NCBI GenBank assembly: GCA_937934445.1
Contig: CALGZM010000066.1
Span: 152,335-216,334, forward strand
DNA: 64,000 nucleotides
Direction of reading: 5' to 3'
Source of the DNA: an uncultured Cloacibacillus sp.
Lineage (GTDB): Bacteria > Synergistota > Synergistia > Synergistales > Synergistaceae
Shown piece after piece: positions 48,221 to 58,842 of this stretch. Each line of letters starts with the position of its first letter. Positions within the stretch are counted from its first letter, which is position 1. The position numbers were made by a program, and so were the translations under genes. Below the pieces are notes generated by a model, which was given only the letters and a program-made list of their open reading frames with translations, was not told the DNA's origin and searched no databases.

Positions 48221-48345
48221 AAGGCGCGGCGCGCAGAACGTTCAAGCGCTGGGCGAAAAGGCTGAAAGCCGCCGCCCGCGCTTTTTTATTTTTTGCGCGG
48301 TGAGCTTTGCCGTGATTTTTCTCGCTTTCCCGCAGAGGCGGCGCT

Positions 48346-49014
48346 TCAGACTTTTTCACGGAACATCAGGACGAAAACCGCGGCGAGCAGTGCGGCGGGG
48401 ATCAGCGCCGCTTTTATAGAGAGCGCTGTAGTAATGAGCGCGCCTGCAGCGGCACCTAATATGAAGAAGAGGATTATTCCAAAATATTCGACGCTCGAAC
48501 GAAGCTGCTCGCGGTCGCCGGTGCTGCGGTATTTGTAGAGGGTTTCCGTCGCGCTGCGCAGGTTGCCGGTACACATCGTCGTCGCGTAGGCGCGGCCGTG
48601 TACTTTGCGGAAGGCTTCGACCTGTAACGAGCAGATGAAGGAGACGACTACGTTCGCGCACATGTCTGGAATTTCGCCGTTTGGGACGAAGGCGACGGCC
48701 GTAAGCGCCGCCACCTCCGCGGCTATTATCACCTGCCGCCAATGGATGAACCGGCTGCCGCGCATGGATTCTTTGACGAGTTCGGCGAGCAGGACGCCGA
48801 AAAAGAAGGCCGCTATCGGCATAAGGTAGTAGCCGGCGCCGCCGAGGTTGCCGCGTGCCAAGCTCACGCCGAAGAGGACGATGTTGCCGGTCTGCGCGTT
48901 CGCAAAAACGTGGCCGCGGCATACGAATGTGTATGCGTCAAGGAAGCCGCCCGCAGCTGCGAGCAATATTCCTACGCGGTAGGTTTCGGATGTCTGCCGT
49001 TTCCATTCCGCCAT
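48346..49014 (-). CDS. YoaK/DUF1275-family membrane protein.
   Basis: 222 aa with six TM helices; N-terminal LLAAAGGFLDAYTF motif. Confidence 0.58.
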   Translation of the reverse strand: MAEWKRQTSETYRVGILLAAAGGFLDAYTFVCRGHVFANAQTGNIVLFGVSLARGNLGGAGYYLMPIAAFFFGVLLAELVKESMRGSRFIHWRQVIIAAEVAALTAVAFVPNGEIPDMCANVVVSFICSLQVEAFRKVHGRAYATTMCTGNLRSATETLYKYRSTGDREQLRSSVEYFGIILFFILGAAAGALITTALSIKAALIPAALLAAVFVLMFREKV

Positions 49015-49021
49015 GACAAGG

Positions 49022-50188
49022 TCAATTCCTTACGGTCACGGACTCTCCGTCGCGCAGGTTGTTACCGCCGAAGATTATCACTTCGTCGCCCTCTGTGAGC
49101 CCTTCGAGAAGCTGGATGCGGCCGCCTTCCTGTATGCCGGTCTTAACGTCGCGCCGTACGGCTTTGCCGTCGCGGACGACGTAGACGTAATGCCCTTTCT
49201 CGCTCGCGTGCAGGGCTCCCTCAGGTATCGTGAGCGAGTTTGTGTAGGCCTTCTCGACTATCGCAGCCTGTCCGAACATGCCGGGGCGCAGCCGTCCGCC
49301 GGCCTGTTTCTCGTTGTCGAGCACTATTTCGACGTTGCTTGTGCGCGTCGATGGGTCCACGTACTGGTCTATGCGCGTGACGCTGCCGTCGAAGCTCTCG
49401 CCGGGCAGCGCGTCGAAGCGCAGCGTAACGGGCATCCCGACTGCGACGCTGAATATTTTAAGCTCGGGGACGCGCAGCGTCGCCTTGAGCTTGCGCGGGT
49501 CGGCGATGTCGAGCAGCGGCGACGACGGAGAAATCATAGCGCCAGCAGTCAGCGAGTAGTCGTTGAGCACTATTCCGTCTATCGGCGCACGTATGATGTA
49601 GTCGTTTTTTTCGGACTTCACGCGCTTCTCTTCGGCTTCGTACTGTTTCTCTTTTGCGAGCGCGGCGCGGTATGAGGCTTCGGCGCTGGTGTATTCGGTC
49701 TGTATCGCGTCGTATTGCTGCTGCGTGCTGAAGCCCTCTTTCACAAGGCGGCTGTAGCGGTCGAGGTCGGTCTTCGCGTTGAGCATTTCGGCGCGCGCTT
49801 TTTCCGTGTCGGCGCGCGCGGAGGCGGCCTGTGCTATCGTCGAGAGTATCAGCGCGTCCTGCTGTTCGTGCTCGAGCGTCGCGACTACCTGCCCTTTTTT
49901 GACTCTGTCGCCCTGTTTGACGTGGAGCTCGAGGAGGCGGCCCGTAACGCGCGGCAGAAGCTCGACGCGGTCCACGGAGTCAACCTGCATATTCTGGACG
50001 ATGCGGCTTGAAATCGTGCTGTCAGCTCTGATTATCTCCGTCCTGACTATCGGCGTGAGCAGCGACGGGTCTGTCGGCTTGTCGAAGAGCGTCTCCCTCC
50101 GCGCGTAGACCCATGTCCCAGCCGCCAAGGCGACGAGCGCGATTACAAATATAGCCTTACCGAAGCGCGGGCGTCTCTGTATCTTCAT
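49022..50188 (-). CDS. RND efflux periplasmic adaptor (membrane-fusion protein, HlyD/AcrA family).
   Basis: N-terminal TM anchor, coiled-coil region, and lipoyl/beta-barrel hairpin architecture. Confidence 0.8.
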   Translation of the reverse strand: MKIQRRPRFGKAIFVIALVALAAGTWVYARRETLFDKPTDPSLLTPIVRTEIIRADSTISSRIVQNMQVDSVDRVELLPRVTGRLLELHVKQGDRVKKGQVVATLEHEQQDALILSTIAQAASARADTEKARAEMLNAKTDLDRYSRLVKEGFSTQQQYDAIQTEYTSAEASYRAALAKEKQYEAEEKRVKSEKNDYIIRAPIDGIVLNDYSLTAGAMISPSSPLLDIADPRKLKATLRVPELKIFSVAVGMPVTLRFDALPGESFDGSVTRIDQYVDPSTRTSNVEIVLDNEKQAGGRLRPGMFGQAAIVEKAYTNSLTIPEGALHASEKGHYVYVVRDGKAVRRDVKTGIQEGGRIQLLEGLTEGDEVIIFGGNNLRDGESVTVRN

Positions 50189-50189
50189 C

Positions 50190-51488
50190 TCATATGCTCT
50201 CCCCGTTCCATGTCGTTATCGTTCCCTCCGTCATTTTGAGCGCGACGGCGGCTATTATACAGTTGTACTGCGAGCGGTTATATTCGAGCTGCGCGGCGGT
50301 GAGGTCGGACTGCGCCGTCAGCAGGTCGAGCTGCGGCGTGACGCCCTCGCGGTAGCCCACCTCCGCGAGACGCAGCGATTCGCGCGCGAGGCGCAGTGCC
50401 TCGGCTGATGCGGCGAGGTTTTCGCGGTTCGTCTCGATTTCGGTCCACGCCGTCTCTACTTCTGATTTTATGTCGAGCTCCTTCTGTTCGAGCGCGATTT
50501 TATCCTGTTCGCGCACGGCTTTCGCCTCCATTACGGCGCGGCGTGTGACATTGCGGTCGAATATCGGTATCGAAAGGCGTACCTCGGCGCGCCACGTGTC
50601 TGAGCTCTCGTCGCGCTGGCGGTACGGGCTGAGCCATCCAGCAGACAGCCCCGCCGATAGCTGCGGTAGCATTTCGCTGCGTTCTATCTTTATCTGGTTC
50701 GTCTGGTAATTTATCTGCTCTTCCAGCTGGCGGCGGTCGGCGCGGAATTTGGAGGCGAGCGCAAGAGACTCGGCGCGGCTGCCCTTTATAGCGGGTTCGT
50801 AGAGTTCTCCTTCGACGGCGCGGCGCGCGTCCGGCTCTATGCCCATATAGTTCATCAGCGAAATTTCGGCGGCTTCGAACGCTCCTTGCGCAGTCGCGAG
50901 AGCCGCGCGGTTTTCAGCGAGCTGCTGCTGCGCGCGTATCACTTCTAGCTTATTAGCCAGGCCGACGTCGCACATACGCGAGACCTCGCGGAGGTGGAGC
51001 TCGGAGGTCTTCACAGCGTCCTGCTCGGCCTCAATGTATTTCTTCTGGAGCAGCACGTTGTAGAATCGCGCGAAGAGCTCGCCGACGGCGCCGTTTTCGC
51101 CGTCGGCTATCGCCATTTCGGCGATCGTTCGCACCTGCGGCGACTGCGCGCGCATCGCGCTGTTGCGCCCGCCGGAGTAGAGGATCTGTTCGAGCGATGC
51201 TTCGGCGCTGCGGTCGTCGTCGCGATCTCCGTCGTCCGTCTGCGGCTCGCGCTGCCAGCCAGCCGTGCCGCTCGCGGAGACCGATGGCAGCAATGTGCCG
51301 TCGGCTGCGAGTTTGAAGGCCTCGGCTTTGATCAGCTCCTGGCGCAGAGAGCGCAGCTCCGAGTTGTTTTTCAGCGTTATAGAGACGGCTTCATTGATTT
51401 TCAGCGGGGCCATGGCGAAGGACGGAACCGCCGCTGCCGCCGAAATTATGAGCGCCGCCGCGAGTGCCGCGAAAGTTTTATTCATCAT
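50190..51488 (-). CDS. TolC-family outer-membrane efflux channel.
   Basis: Signal peptide plus two tandem OEP repeats; 4-nt overlap with the RND gene. Confidence 0.8.
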   Translation of the reverse strand: MMNKTFAALAAALIISAAAAVPSFAMAPLKINEAVSITLKNNSELRSLRQELIKAEAFKLAADGTLLPSVSASGTAGWQREPQTDDGDRDDDRSAEASLEQILYSGGRNSAMRAQSPQVRTIAEMAIADGENGAVGELFARFYNVLLQKKYIEAEQDAVKTSELHLREVSRMCDVGLANKLEVIRAQQQLAENRAALATAQGAFEAAEISLMNYMGIEPDARRAVEGELYEPAIKGSRAESLALASKFRADRRQLEEQINYQTNQIKIERSEMLPQLSAGLSAGWLSPYRQRDESSDTWRAEVRLSIPIFDRNVTRRAVMEAKAVREQDKIALEQKELDIKSEVETAWTEIETNRENLAASAEALRLARESLRLAEVGYREGVTPQLDLLTAQSDLTAAQLEYNRSQYNCIIAAVALKMTEGTITTWNGESI

Positions 51489-54400
51489 GCGCCCCTCCCT
51501 TGGCTTTTGAGACGCCTATATGCGTTTAAGCGCCTTACGGAAGCTTTCACCCTGTCTGTGAGGTCGTCGAATATCAGATAAACTACCGGGATGACAAGAA
51601 GCGTCAGCAGCGTCGAGGTCGCAAGCCCCCCGATGACGGCGACCGACATCGGCTGGCGCGTTTCGCCGCCCTCGGAAAGCGCGAGAGCGACCGGCAGAGT
51701 GCCTATCAGAGTCGAGACCGTCGTCATCATTATCGCGCGCAGGCGCAGAGGCCCGGCTTTGAGCACCGCCGTTATCTTGTCGTCGCCCGCGGCGCGCAGC
51801 TGGTTTATTACGTCGACGAGCAGAATTGCGTTGTTGACGACGACGCCTACGAGCAGGATTATCCCCATAAAGCTCATGACCGACAGGCGCAGGCCGCCGA
51901 GCGCAAGAAGCCCGAAGGAGCCCGCCGTCATAAGCGGTAGCGAGAACATGACTGTCAGAGGATGGATGAACGACTCGAACTGTATCGCCATCACCATATA
52001 TACGAGCATTATCGCAAATATGAGCGCGACTGTCATGTAACGGAAGCTTTCGCGCATATCCTCGGAGTCGCCCGTAGGCACCATGCTGTACATGCCGTCC
52101 TGCGGCGCGTATTTTTTGAAGACCTCCTGCATTATCAGGATGCCCTCGCCCGGTGATATGCCGTCGACGTTGGCTTCTATTTCAATTGAGTGCTGGCGGT
52201 TATAACGCGTTATGACGTTCGGGGCCATTCCTATAGAGCTCGTTATGACGCCCTCGGCCGGTATCGTCTCGCCGCTCTGCGTCGTTATGAGCGTCTTTAA
52301 GACCTTTTCGGGGTCGTCGCGCCCGCCGGCCTCCGAGCGCAGGCGTATGTCGTAACGGTAGCCGCGGTCGTTGAAGGTGCCGGCGTCGTCGCCGCCGAAC
52401 CATGTCAGCATTTCGTCGGAGAGGTCGCGTATGCTGACGTTCAGGTCGTCGGCAAGGCTGCGGTTCAGCGCAAGGTTGATGCGCGGCTTGTTCATCTGAA
52501 GATCCGTCGTTATATCGACGAGGCCGCGCGCGTTCTCCGTGAGGTCCTTTTTGATGAGGTCGCCGAGAACCGCGAGCTCTTCGCTGGTGGGCCCCATTAC
52601 TACGAGCGATATGTCGGAGCCGCCCCACGTGCCCATCTTTATATCGGCGTCGCGGTAACGGGAAAGCTCCTCTCGCAGCCCGCGCATTATGACCGAGGCG
52701 CGCGGGCGCAGGGCGCGGTCTATCAGCTCAATGTTTATCGTCGATTTGTAAACCTCCTCGCCGCGGCCGCTGCCTATTTCTCCGTAGGTGTACGCTACGA
52801 ATTTATTCTGCTGGATCAGATCCACCATTTCTTTGGTGACGTCGGTAGTCACTTCAAGCGAAGTGTCGGCCGGGAGCTCAAGTTCGACGCGCAGGCGTCC
52901 TTGGTCTTCGGTCGGGAAGAACTCGGTGCCTAGGTTGGCTGCGATGACCATTCCCAGTGCGAACAGCGCTAGTCCCGACGAAAGCACCAGCGCTCGGTGG
53001 CGCACGGCGAAGCCGAGCGCGCGCTCGTACTGCTCTTCCAGGCGCAGGAACGGCTGTTCGAGCGCAATTTCGAGCTTCGTCGGTTTATGCGAGCGTCCCA
53101 TGATGCGAGAGCAGAGGAAGGGCGTCAGCGTGACCGCGATGACGAGCGAAATGGCTATGGTCGTAGAGACCGTGACGCCGAATGCGTTGAAGTAGCGCCC
53201 CATCATCCCGCCCATGAAGGCGACCGGGACGAAGACGGCCAGCGTCGTAGCCGCGCCTGCGACGACGGCAAAGGCTATCTCGTTCGTGCCGTCTTCCGAT
53301 GCGCGGAATGAGCTCTTGCCCATCGACTTGTGACGCGAAATGTTCTCCATAATGACCGTCGTCGCATCGACGACCATGCCGACGGCGAGCGAAATGCCCA
53401 TCATCGACATGTTGTTTATGGTTATTCCCATCAGATAAAGCACGGACATGCTGCCCAGAAGGCAGACTGGTATGCTTATGCAGGCGATTATAGTAGCGCG
53501 TATCGTGCGCAGGAAGACGAACATGATGAGCGCCGTCAGGATGATCGAGGCTACGATGTCGCCAAAGACGCCTTTCATCGAGCGCATGATGAACCGCGCG
53601 TTGTCTGAAACTACGACGAGCGTCGTCCCGGCGGGCGCGGTCTTGTTGAGCTCCGCTATGCGCTCGTGCATGAGGCGCGACAGCGCCACTTCATTAGCGC
53701 CGCGCTGCTTGCGGATACTGACCATTATCGACGGCTTGCCTTCGTATATTGAAGAGCTGCGCGCGTCCTCAAGGCCGTCCTCGATGCGCGCCACGTCGCG
53801 CAGCCTGATGACCGCGCCGTCGCGCACCGCGATGGGCAGATATTCGAGCTCCGCGGCGGAGGCGTACTCGCCGATGATGCGGATGCCGTACTCCTTTGTC
53901 CCCGTCTCGACGCGCCCCGCAGGCAGCTCGACGTGCTTGTTGTATATCGCGTCCTTGATTTCCTTCGTCGTTATGCGGTAGCCCTCGAGCGCTTCGGGGT
54001 TGAGCCAGACGCGCATCTCGCGCTCGCGGAAGCCGGGGAGCTGCACGCCGCCGACGCCGCGCACTGTCTGCAAACGTTCCTGCACGACTTGGTCGACGTA
54101 GCGCGAGAGCGTCTTCATGTCGGTGCGTCCGTCGTTCTTGACCGCGACGCGCATGATCGGCCTGTCGCTTGGGTCGAACTTGTCTATCTCCGGCTCGTCG
54201 CAGTCGTCTGGCAGAGAACCTAGCGCGCGGCTCACCTTGTTGCGCACGTCGGCGGTCGCGAAGTCGATGTCGCGGTCGAGCTCGAATTCTACGACGATGA
54301 CGGAGCGCCCCTCGTAGCTGCTCGAGCTCATGCTTTTGATCCCTTCTATTGTATTGATGCGCGACTCGAGTACGTCGGTAACGTCGTTGTCGATGATCGC

Positions 54401-54568
54401 TGGGCTTGCGCCCTCGAGCGTCGTGCGCACGACGACGATCGGAAACTCGACGTTCGGCATTCTCTCGACACCCATATTCATGTATGAATATACGCCGAAT
54501 ATGACCGTGGCTATCGTGATGATGAGGACCGTCACCGGCCTGCGCAGAGAAATTTCTGTGATTTTCAT
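51485..54568 (-). CDS. RND multidrug efflux permease (AcrB/AcrD/AcrF family).
   Basis: 1027 aa with 12 TM helices and two large periplasmic loops; conserved AcrB blocks. Confidence 0.9.
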   Translation of the reverse strand: MKITEISLRRPVTVLIITIATVIFGVYSYMNMGVERMPNVEFPIVVVRTTLEGASPAIIDNDVTDVLESRINTIEGIKSMSSSSYEGRSVIVVEFELDRDIDFATADVRNKVSRALGSLPDDCDEPEIDKFDPSDRPIMRVAVKNDGRTDMKTLSRYVDQVVQERLQTVRGVGGVQLPGFREREMRVWLNPEALEGYRITTKEIKDAIYNKHVELPAGRVETGTKEYGIRIIGEYASAAELEYLPIAVRDGAVIRLRDVARIEDGLEDARSSSIYEGKPSIMVSIRKQRGANEVALSRLMHERIAELNKTAPAGTTLVVVSDNARFIMRSMKGVFGDIVASIILTALIMFVFLRTIRATIIACISIPVCLLGSMSVLYLMGITINNMSMMGISLAVGMVVDATTVIMENISRHKSMGKSSFRASEDGTNEIAFAVVAGAATTLAVFVPVAFMGGMMGRYFNAFGVTVSTTIAISLVIAVTLTPFLCSRIMGRSHKPTKLEIALEQPFLRLEEQYERALGFAVRHRALVLSSGLALFALGMVIAANLGTEFFPTEDQGRLRVELELPADTSLEVTTDVTKEMVDLIQQNKFVAYTYGEIGSGRGEEVYKSTINIELIDRALRPRASVIMRGLREELSRYRDADIKMGTWGGSDISLVVMGPTSEELAVLGDLIKKDLTENARGLVDITTDLQMNKPRINLALNRSLADDLNVSIRDLSDEMLTWFGGDDAGTFNDRGYRYDIRLRSEAGGRDDPEKVLKTLITTQSGETIPAEGVITSSIGMAPNVITRYNRQHSIEIEANVDGISPGEGILIMQEVFKKYAPQDGMYSMVPTGDSEDMRESFRYMTVALIFAIMLVYMVMAIQFESFIHPLTVMFSLPLMTAGSFGLLALGGLRLSVMSFMGIILLVGVVVNNAILLVDVINQLRAAGDDKITAVLKAGPLRLRAIMMTTVSTLIGTLPVALALSEGGETRQPMSVAVIGGLATSTLLTLLVIPVVYLIFDDLTDRVKASVRRLNAYRRLKSQGRGA

Positions 54569-54893
54569 GAAGCGAGCTCACCCTGTACAGTCTATATCTT
54601 TTTCCACACTTAACGATTATACATCTTCGATGTGGAGATTTTATGATTGGACGCAGATCTTTAGCGAATGGGACAAAACCGCGCCGACTTTGCGTGCCGG
54701 TGGCGAATCTGCGGCGCGGGCGCGGAGCCAGCGAAACTACGCAAAAGCTGCGCGGATGCGGCGCTGGCGCGAAGGCGGCATGAAACGAGCGTGATTCCGT
54801 CAAACGCGCTGAAAGTCCGCCGCCTCGGCGCGCGGGCGCAAAAAAGCGGCGAGGGAAATTTTCCCGCCGCCGCGCGTTTCACATTCTCTTCGT

Positions 54894-56123
54894 TTAATAT
54901 CTGTTGTCTATGACGCGCTGCGTCTTTTTCTCGCTGCGCGGAAGCTCGCCGATCTTTTTCACGTCTGGAATGATGCGGATGCCGAGACCGGATTTGCATT
55001 CGCGTACGAGCTCTTCCGCAAGGCGCTCCGTGTCAGCGCCTTCTTTCATTTCGGCCTGCACGATCATGCGGTCGCGGAGGTCTTTGTTTTCGAGGATGAT
55101 GCGGTACTCGCTCGAGAAGCCGTCGATGTTCTTGAGTATCTCCTCGACCTGCGCGGGGTAGATGTTCGTACCCTTGACTTTTATCATGTCGTCGCTGCGC
55201 CCGACGATTCTGTCGAGGCGTGGGAACGGAGAGCCGCACGGGCATTCGCCGGGGATTATGCGCGAGATGTCGCGCGTGCGGTAGCGGATGAGCGGCGCGG
55301 CCTCCTTGCGGAAGGTCGTGATGACTATCTCGCCCTGCTCGCCGTCGGGCAGCACCTTGCCTGTGACCGGGTCGATGATTTCGCAGTAGATGTAGTCGTT
55401 GAAGTAGTGCATGCCGGTGTGCTTCTCGCAGTCTATCGCGATGCCAGGGCCGTAGATTTCAGTCAGTCCGTAGATATCGAAGAACTCTATACCGAGCGTC
55501 TCGTGGATGCGTTCGCGTATCTTGTCGCCCCAGCGCTCCGAGCCGAATATCCCGCGTTTGAGGCGAATCTGGTCTTTCATGCCGCGCTTGTCCACTTCTT
55601 CCGCTATGACGAGCGCGTAGGAGGACGTGCTGCAAAGCACGGTCGCGCCCAAGTCGCGCATGAGCTGGAGCTGGCGGTCTGTGTTGCCCGCGCCGGTCGG
55701 TATTACCATCGCGCCGAGGCGCTCCGCTCCGGCCTGAAAGCCGAGGCCCGCTGTCCAGAGTCCGAAGCCCGGGGTTATCTGCACGCGGTCCTCTGGCGTG
55801 ACGCCCGCGAACTGGTAGCAGCGCTCGAACATGACGGCCCAATCCTCGATGTCCTGAGCGCTGTAGGGCATGATGACCGGCGTTCCCGTCGTTCCGGAGG
55901 ACGAGTGGACACGGACTATTTTATCGTTCGGCACGCACTGCATACCCATCGGGTAGGCGTCGCGCAGATCCTGCTTCGTAGTGAAGGGCAGCGTCTCGAA
56001 CTGCTCGCGCGTCATCATCGTGTTGACCGGTATATCCTTGAATTTCTCGCGGTACATCGGGCTCTCTTTGGCGACGCGGCGCACCTGCGCGAAACACTGG
56101 CTCATTATCGTAAGTTCGTTCAT
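54894..56123 (-). CDS. Phenylacetate-CoA ligase family (PaaK / F390-synthetase-like) adenylate-forming enzyme.
   Basis: 409 aa with SSGTTGTP AMP-binding motif; immediately downstream of iorAB. Confidence 0.8.
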   Translation of the reverse strand: MNELTIMSQCFAQVRRVAKESPMYREKFKDIPVNTMMTREQFETLPFTTKQDLRDAYPMGMQCVPNDKIVRVHSSSGTTGTPVIMPYSAQDIEDWAVMFERCYQFAGVTPEDRVQITPGFGLWTAGLGFQAGAERLGAMVIPTGAGNTDRQLQLMRDLGATVLCSTSSYALVIAEEVDKRGMKDQIRLKRGIFGSERWGDKIRERIHETLGIEFFDIYGLTEIYGPGIAIDCEKHTGMHYFNDYIYCEIIDPVTGKVLPDGEQGEIVITTFRKEAAPLIRYRTRDISRIIPGECPCGSPFPRLDRIVGRSDDMIKVKGTNIYPAQVEEILKNIDGFSSEYRIILENKDLRDRMIVQAEMKEGADTERLAEELVRECKSGLGIRIIPDVKKIGELPRSEKKTQRVIDNRY

Positions 56124-56268
56124 TTTTATTCTCCTTGTCTTGTCTTCGCTAAGTCTGGTCTATTCTGTTGATTCGGTTGCGCGGCCGGGACGGAGGTCCC
56201 GGCCAGTAAATCAGGGGCGGCGATGCGCATCGGGCGTATCGCCGGAAAGTGCCGTCGCTGTTTCACCA

Positions 56269-56856
56269 TCAGCGCGACGCGGCGTCTATCCCGAGCGCGA
56301 ACGCCTTTTCGTTCATCGGCAGGAGCTTCGGTTTGACGCAGCGCGCTATCGCTTCGCGCACCTCTTCGGTCGTGAAGGGGAGCTTTCCCGCCCCGCAGGC
56401 GGCGCCGAGGATCACGACGTTGAGCGTGCGGATGTCTCCCGCTTCGAGCGCGAGCTCCGCGCCATTTAGGAAGAGTGTGTCTGGATAGAGCCGCTTCATC
56501 GTCTCTATGTATTCCTTTCCAAGGTACGCGCCCTTGCCGAGCGCGACGTTGGTTGGGATTATCTCGTCCGTGTTGACGACGCATTTTGCCGCGCTTTTCA
56601 GCTTCGTGATCATGCGCACCGCCTCGGCCGGCTCGAAGGCGAGCAGTACGTCGCCGTGGCGCGCCGGGATTATCGGCGAGACTTCACGCGCGTCTATGCG
56701 CAGGTGGCTTGAAACGGAGCCGCCGCGCTGCGCCATGCCTATAGTCTCCGACGTGCGGACGAAGAGCCCCTTCGCCTGCGCGGCCTCCGCGAGTATGCGC
56801 GAGGCAAGCAGCGTCCCCTGTCCGCCGACTCCGGCTATCACTATGCTGCTAAGCAT
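56269..56856 (-). CDS. iorB: Indolepyruvate:ferredoxin oxidoreductase beta subunit.
   Basis: 195 aa with GVGGQG motif; 8-nt overlap with iorA. Confidence 0.8.
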   Translation of the reverse strand: MLSSIVIAGVGGQGTLLASRILAEAAQAKGLFVRTSETIGMAQRGGSVSSHLRIDAREVSPIIPARHGDVLLAFEPAEAVRMITKLKSAAKCVVNTDEIIPTNVALGKGAYLGKEYIETMKRLYPDTLFLNGAELALEAGDIRTLNVVILGAACGAGKLPFTTEEVREAIARCVKPKLLPMNEKAFALGIDAASR

Positions 56857-58651
56857 GGGCTACGCCCTCCTTTATCGCGTTGACCGGGCAGACGTTGGCG
56901 CAAAGGCCGCAGCCGGTGCAGAGCGACGCGCTGATGACGGCGCGCCCTTCAGCGTCTGGCGTTATCGCGGGGCAGCCTATCTCGCGCACGCATCTGCCGC
57001 ATTTTATACACTTGTCGTTTACGAAGTGCGCCGGCGCTTTTTCCCTGACATTCGCTATGCAGGGCGCTTCGGCTATGACCGCCGAAGGGCCTTTGTAAGC
57101 GACTGCCTCCTTCATCGCTGCGACAGATTTTTCAAAATCGAACGGGTTGACGCGCGCGACGTGTTCGACGCCGCAGGCGCGCAGGATGGTTTCTATATCT
57201 AGCGCTATGCTGTCGCCGCCGAGCGCGCGCTTCCCCGTGCCGGGGTGCGGCTGGTGACCCGTCATCGCAGTCGTGCGGTTGTCGAGGACTATAATCGTAA
57301 TGTCAGTTCCCTGGTAGACCGCGTTGATTACGCCTGGGATTCCGGTGTGGAAGAAGGTCGAGTCGCCGATGAAGGCGAGGCATTTCGCGCCGGGCTCGGT
57401 CAACGCGAGCCCTTGCGCGAGCGTTATGCCCGCGCCCATGCAGAGGCAGGTGTCGACCATGTTGAGCGGTGCGGCGTTGCCGAGCGTGTAGCAACCGATG
57501 TCGCCGCAGTATATGGCTTTTTTGCAGTCCTTTGTCGCAACCTTCGCCTCGTAGAACGAAGCGCGGTGCGGACAGCCTGCGCAGAGGACCGGCGGGCGCA
57601 CTGGAAGCTGCGGGAGCTCGGGCAAGGCCTCCGCTTCGGCGGAGAGGCCGAGATATTTTGCGAGCGCCGCTTTTATGAGTTCGAAAGAATATTCGCCGTT
57701 CCACGGCATGTCGCCGCTGCGCTTGCCGAGCACGGGCACGCGGCCCGCCGCTTCGATAAGAAGCTGCTCCTCGACGACTGGGTCGAGCTCTTCGAGTACG
57801 AGCACGGAATCCGCGCCCGCGAGGAAATCGCGGGTGAGCTTCTCGGGCATCGGGTAGGGCGTGCCGACTTTGTATAGCGTTGCACATGCGCCGAGTTCGT
57901 TGAGCGCCTCCTTCGCGTAGAGGTATGATATGCCGGAGGCGGCTATCGCGCGGCGGCTGCCGGCTCCGTATTTTTCTATCCTGTTGTAGGGCATTTCGTC
58001 GAAAGCCCGCGCCATTTCGCGCTGTTTGACTTCGAGCTCGCCGTGCTTTCGGTAGGAGAGGGCGGGGAAGATGCACCACTCGGGGCGGCGCTCGAAGCCG
58101 CCGGCTTCTTTGACCGGCGACGGCTCGCGCAGCTCGACCTCCGCGCTCGCGTGGCATACGCGCGTCGTCGGGCGCAGAAATACGGGAAGCTCAAATTTTT
58201 CGGAGAAGTCGAAGGCCGTCTGGACCATCTCATAGGCTTCCTCGGGCGACGACGGGTCGAAGACGGGGAGGTTGGCGTGCTTTGCGAAATTGCGCGTGTC
58301 CTGCTCGGTCTGCGACGACCACGGCCCAGGGTCGTCCGCGACGGCGACCACCATTCCGCCCTTGACGCCGATGTAGGCAAGGCTCATCAGAGGATCGGAT
58401 GCGACGTTGAGGCCGACCTGCTTCATCGTACACATCGTACGCGCGCCGGCATATGCGCCGCCAGCCGCAACTTCGAGCGCGGCCTTCTCGTTGACGGACC
58501 ACTGTACGTCCACCCCGGCGCGATGCTCGCGCACGAGAGTCTCGATGATTTCAGTCGAAGGAGTGCCGGGATATCCGGCGGCGAGCTTGAGCCCAGCGGC
58601 GAGCGCGCCGAGCGCTATCGCCTCGTTTCCCATACAGACCTTACGGACCAT
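56849..58651 (-). CDS. iorA: Indolepyruvate:ferredoxin oxidoreductase alpha subunit (TPP-dependent, C-terminal 2x[4Fe-4S]).
   Basis: 600 aa with TPP-binding GDIGCY...GDS...N region. C-terminal CIKCGRCVREIGCP and CTGCGLCANVCP motifs. Confidence 0.88.
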   Translation of the reverse strand: MVRKVCMGNEAIALGALAAGLKLAAGYPGTPSTEIIETLVREHRAGVDVQWSVNEKAALEVAAGGAYAGARTMCTMKQVGLNVASDPLMSLAYIGVKGGMVVAVADDPGPWSSQTEQDTRNFAKHANLPVFDPSSPEEAYEMVQTAFDFSEKFELPVFLRPTTRVCHASAEVELREPSPVKEAGGFERRPEWCIFPALSYRKHGELEVKQREMARAFDEMPYNRIEKYGAGSRRAIAASGISYLYAKEALNELGACATLYKVGTPYPMPEKLTRDFLAGADSVLVLEELDPVVEEQLLIEAAGRVPVLGKRSGDMPWNGEYSFELIKAALAKYLGLSAEAEALPELPQLPVRPPVLCAGCPHRASFYEAKVATKDCKKAIYCGDIGCYTLGNAAPLNMVDTCLCMGAGITLAQGLALTEPGAKCLAFIGDSTFFHTGIPGVINAVYQGTDITIIVLDNRTTAMTGHQPHPGTGKRALGGDSIALDIETILRACGVEHVARVNPFDFEKSVAAMKEAVAYKGPSAVIAEAPCIANVREKAPAHFVNDKCIKCGRCVREIGCPAITPDAEGRAVISASLCTGCGLCANVCPVNAIKEGVAHA

Positions 58652-58842
58652 GAAAATTCCCCCAAGCTTTGAAGAAGTATAAAATCATAAAAAAGGCTCC
58701 GCCGCGCACGACAGAGCCTTGAATGTCTAAGCAGTCAACACACTCGTCTAATCTTGCAGCTTGTCTCGTCTTGTCTATTCTCGCGCGAGGAAGGCTACCC
58801 TCCCTCTTCCAGAATAATTTATAACTGCTCGCGCCTGATGTG

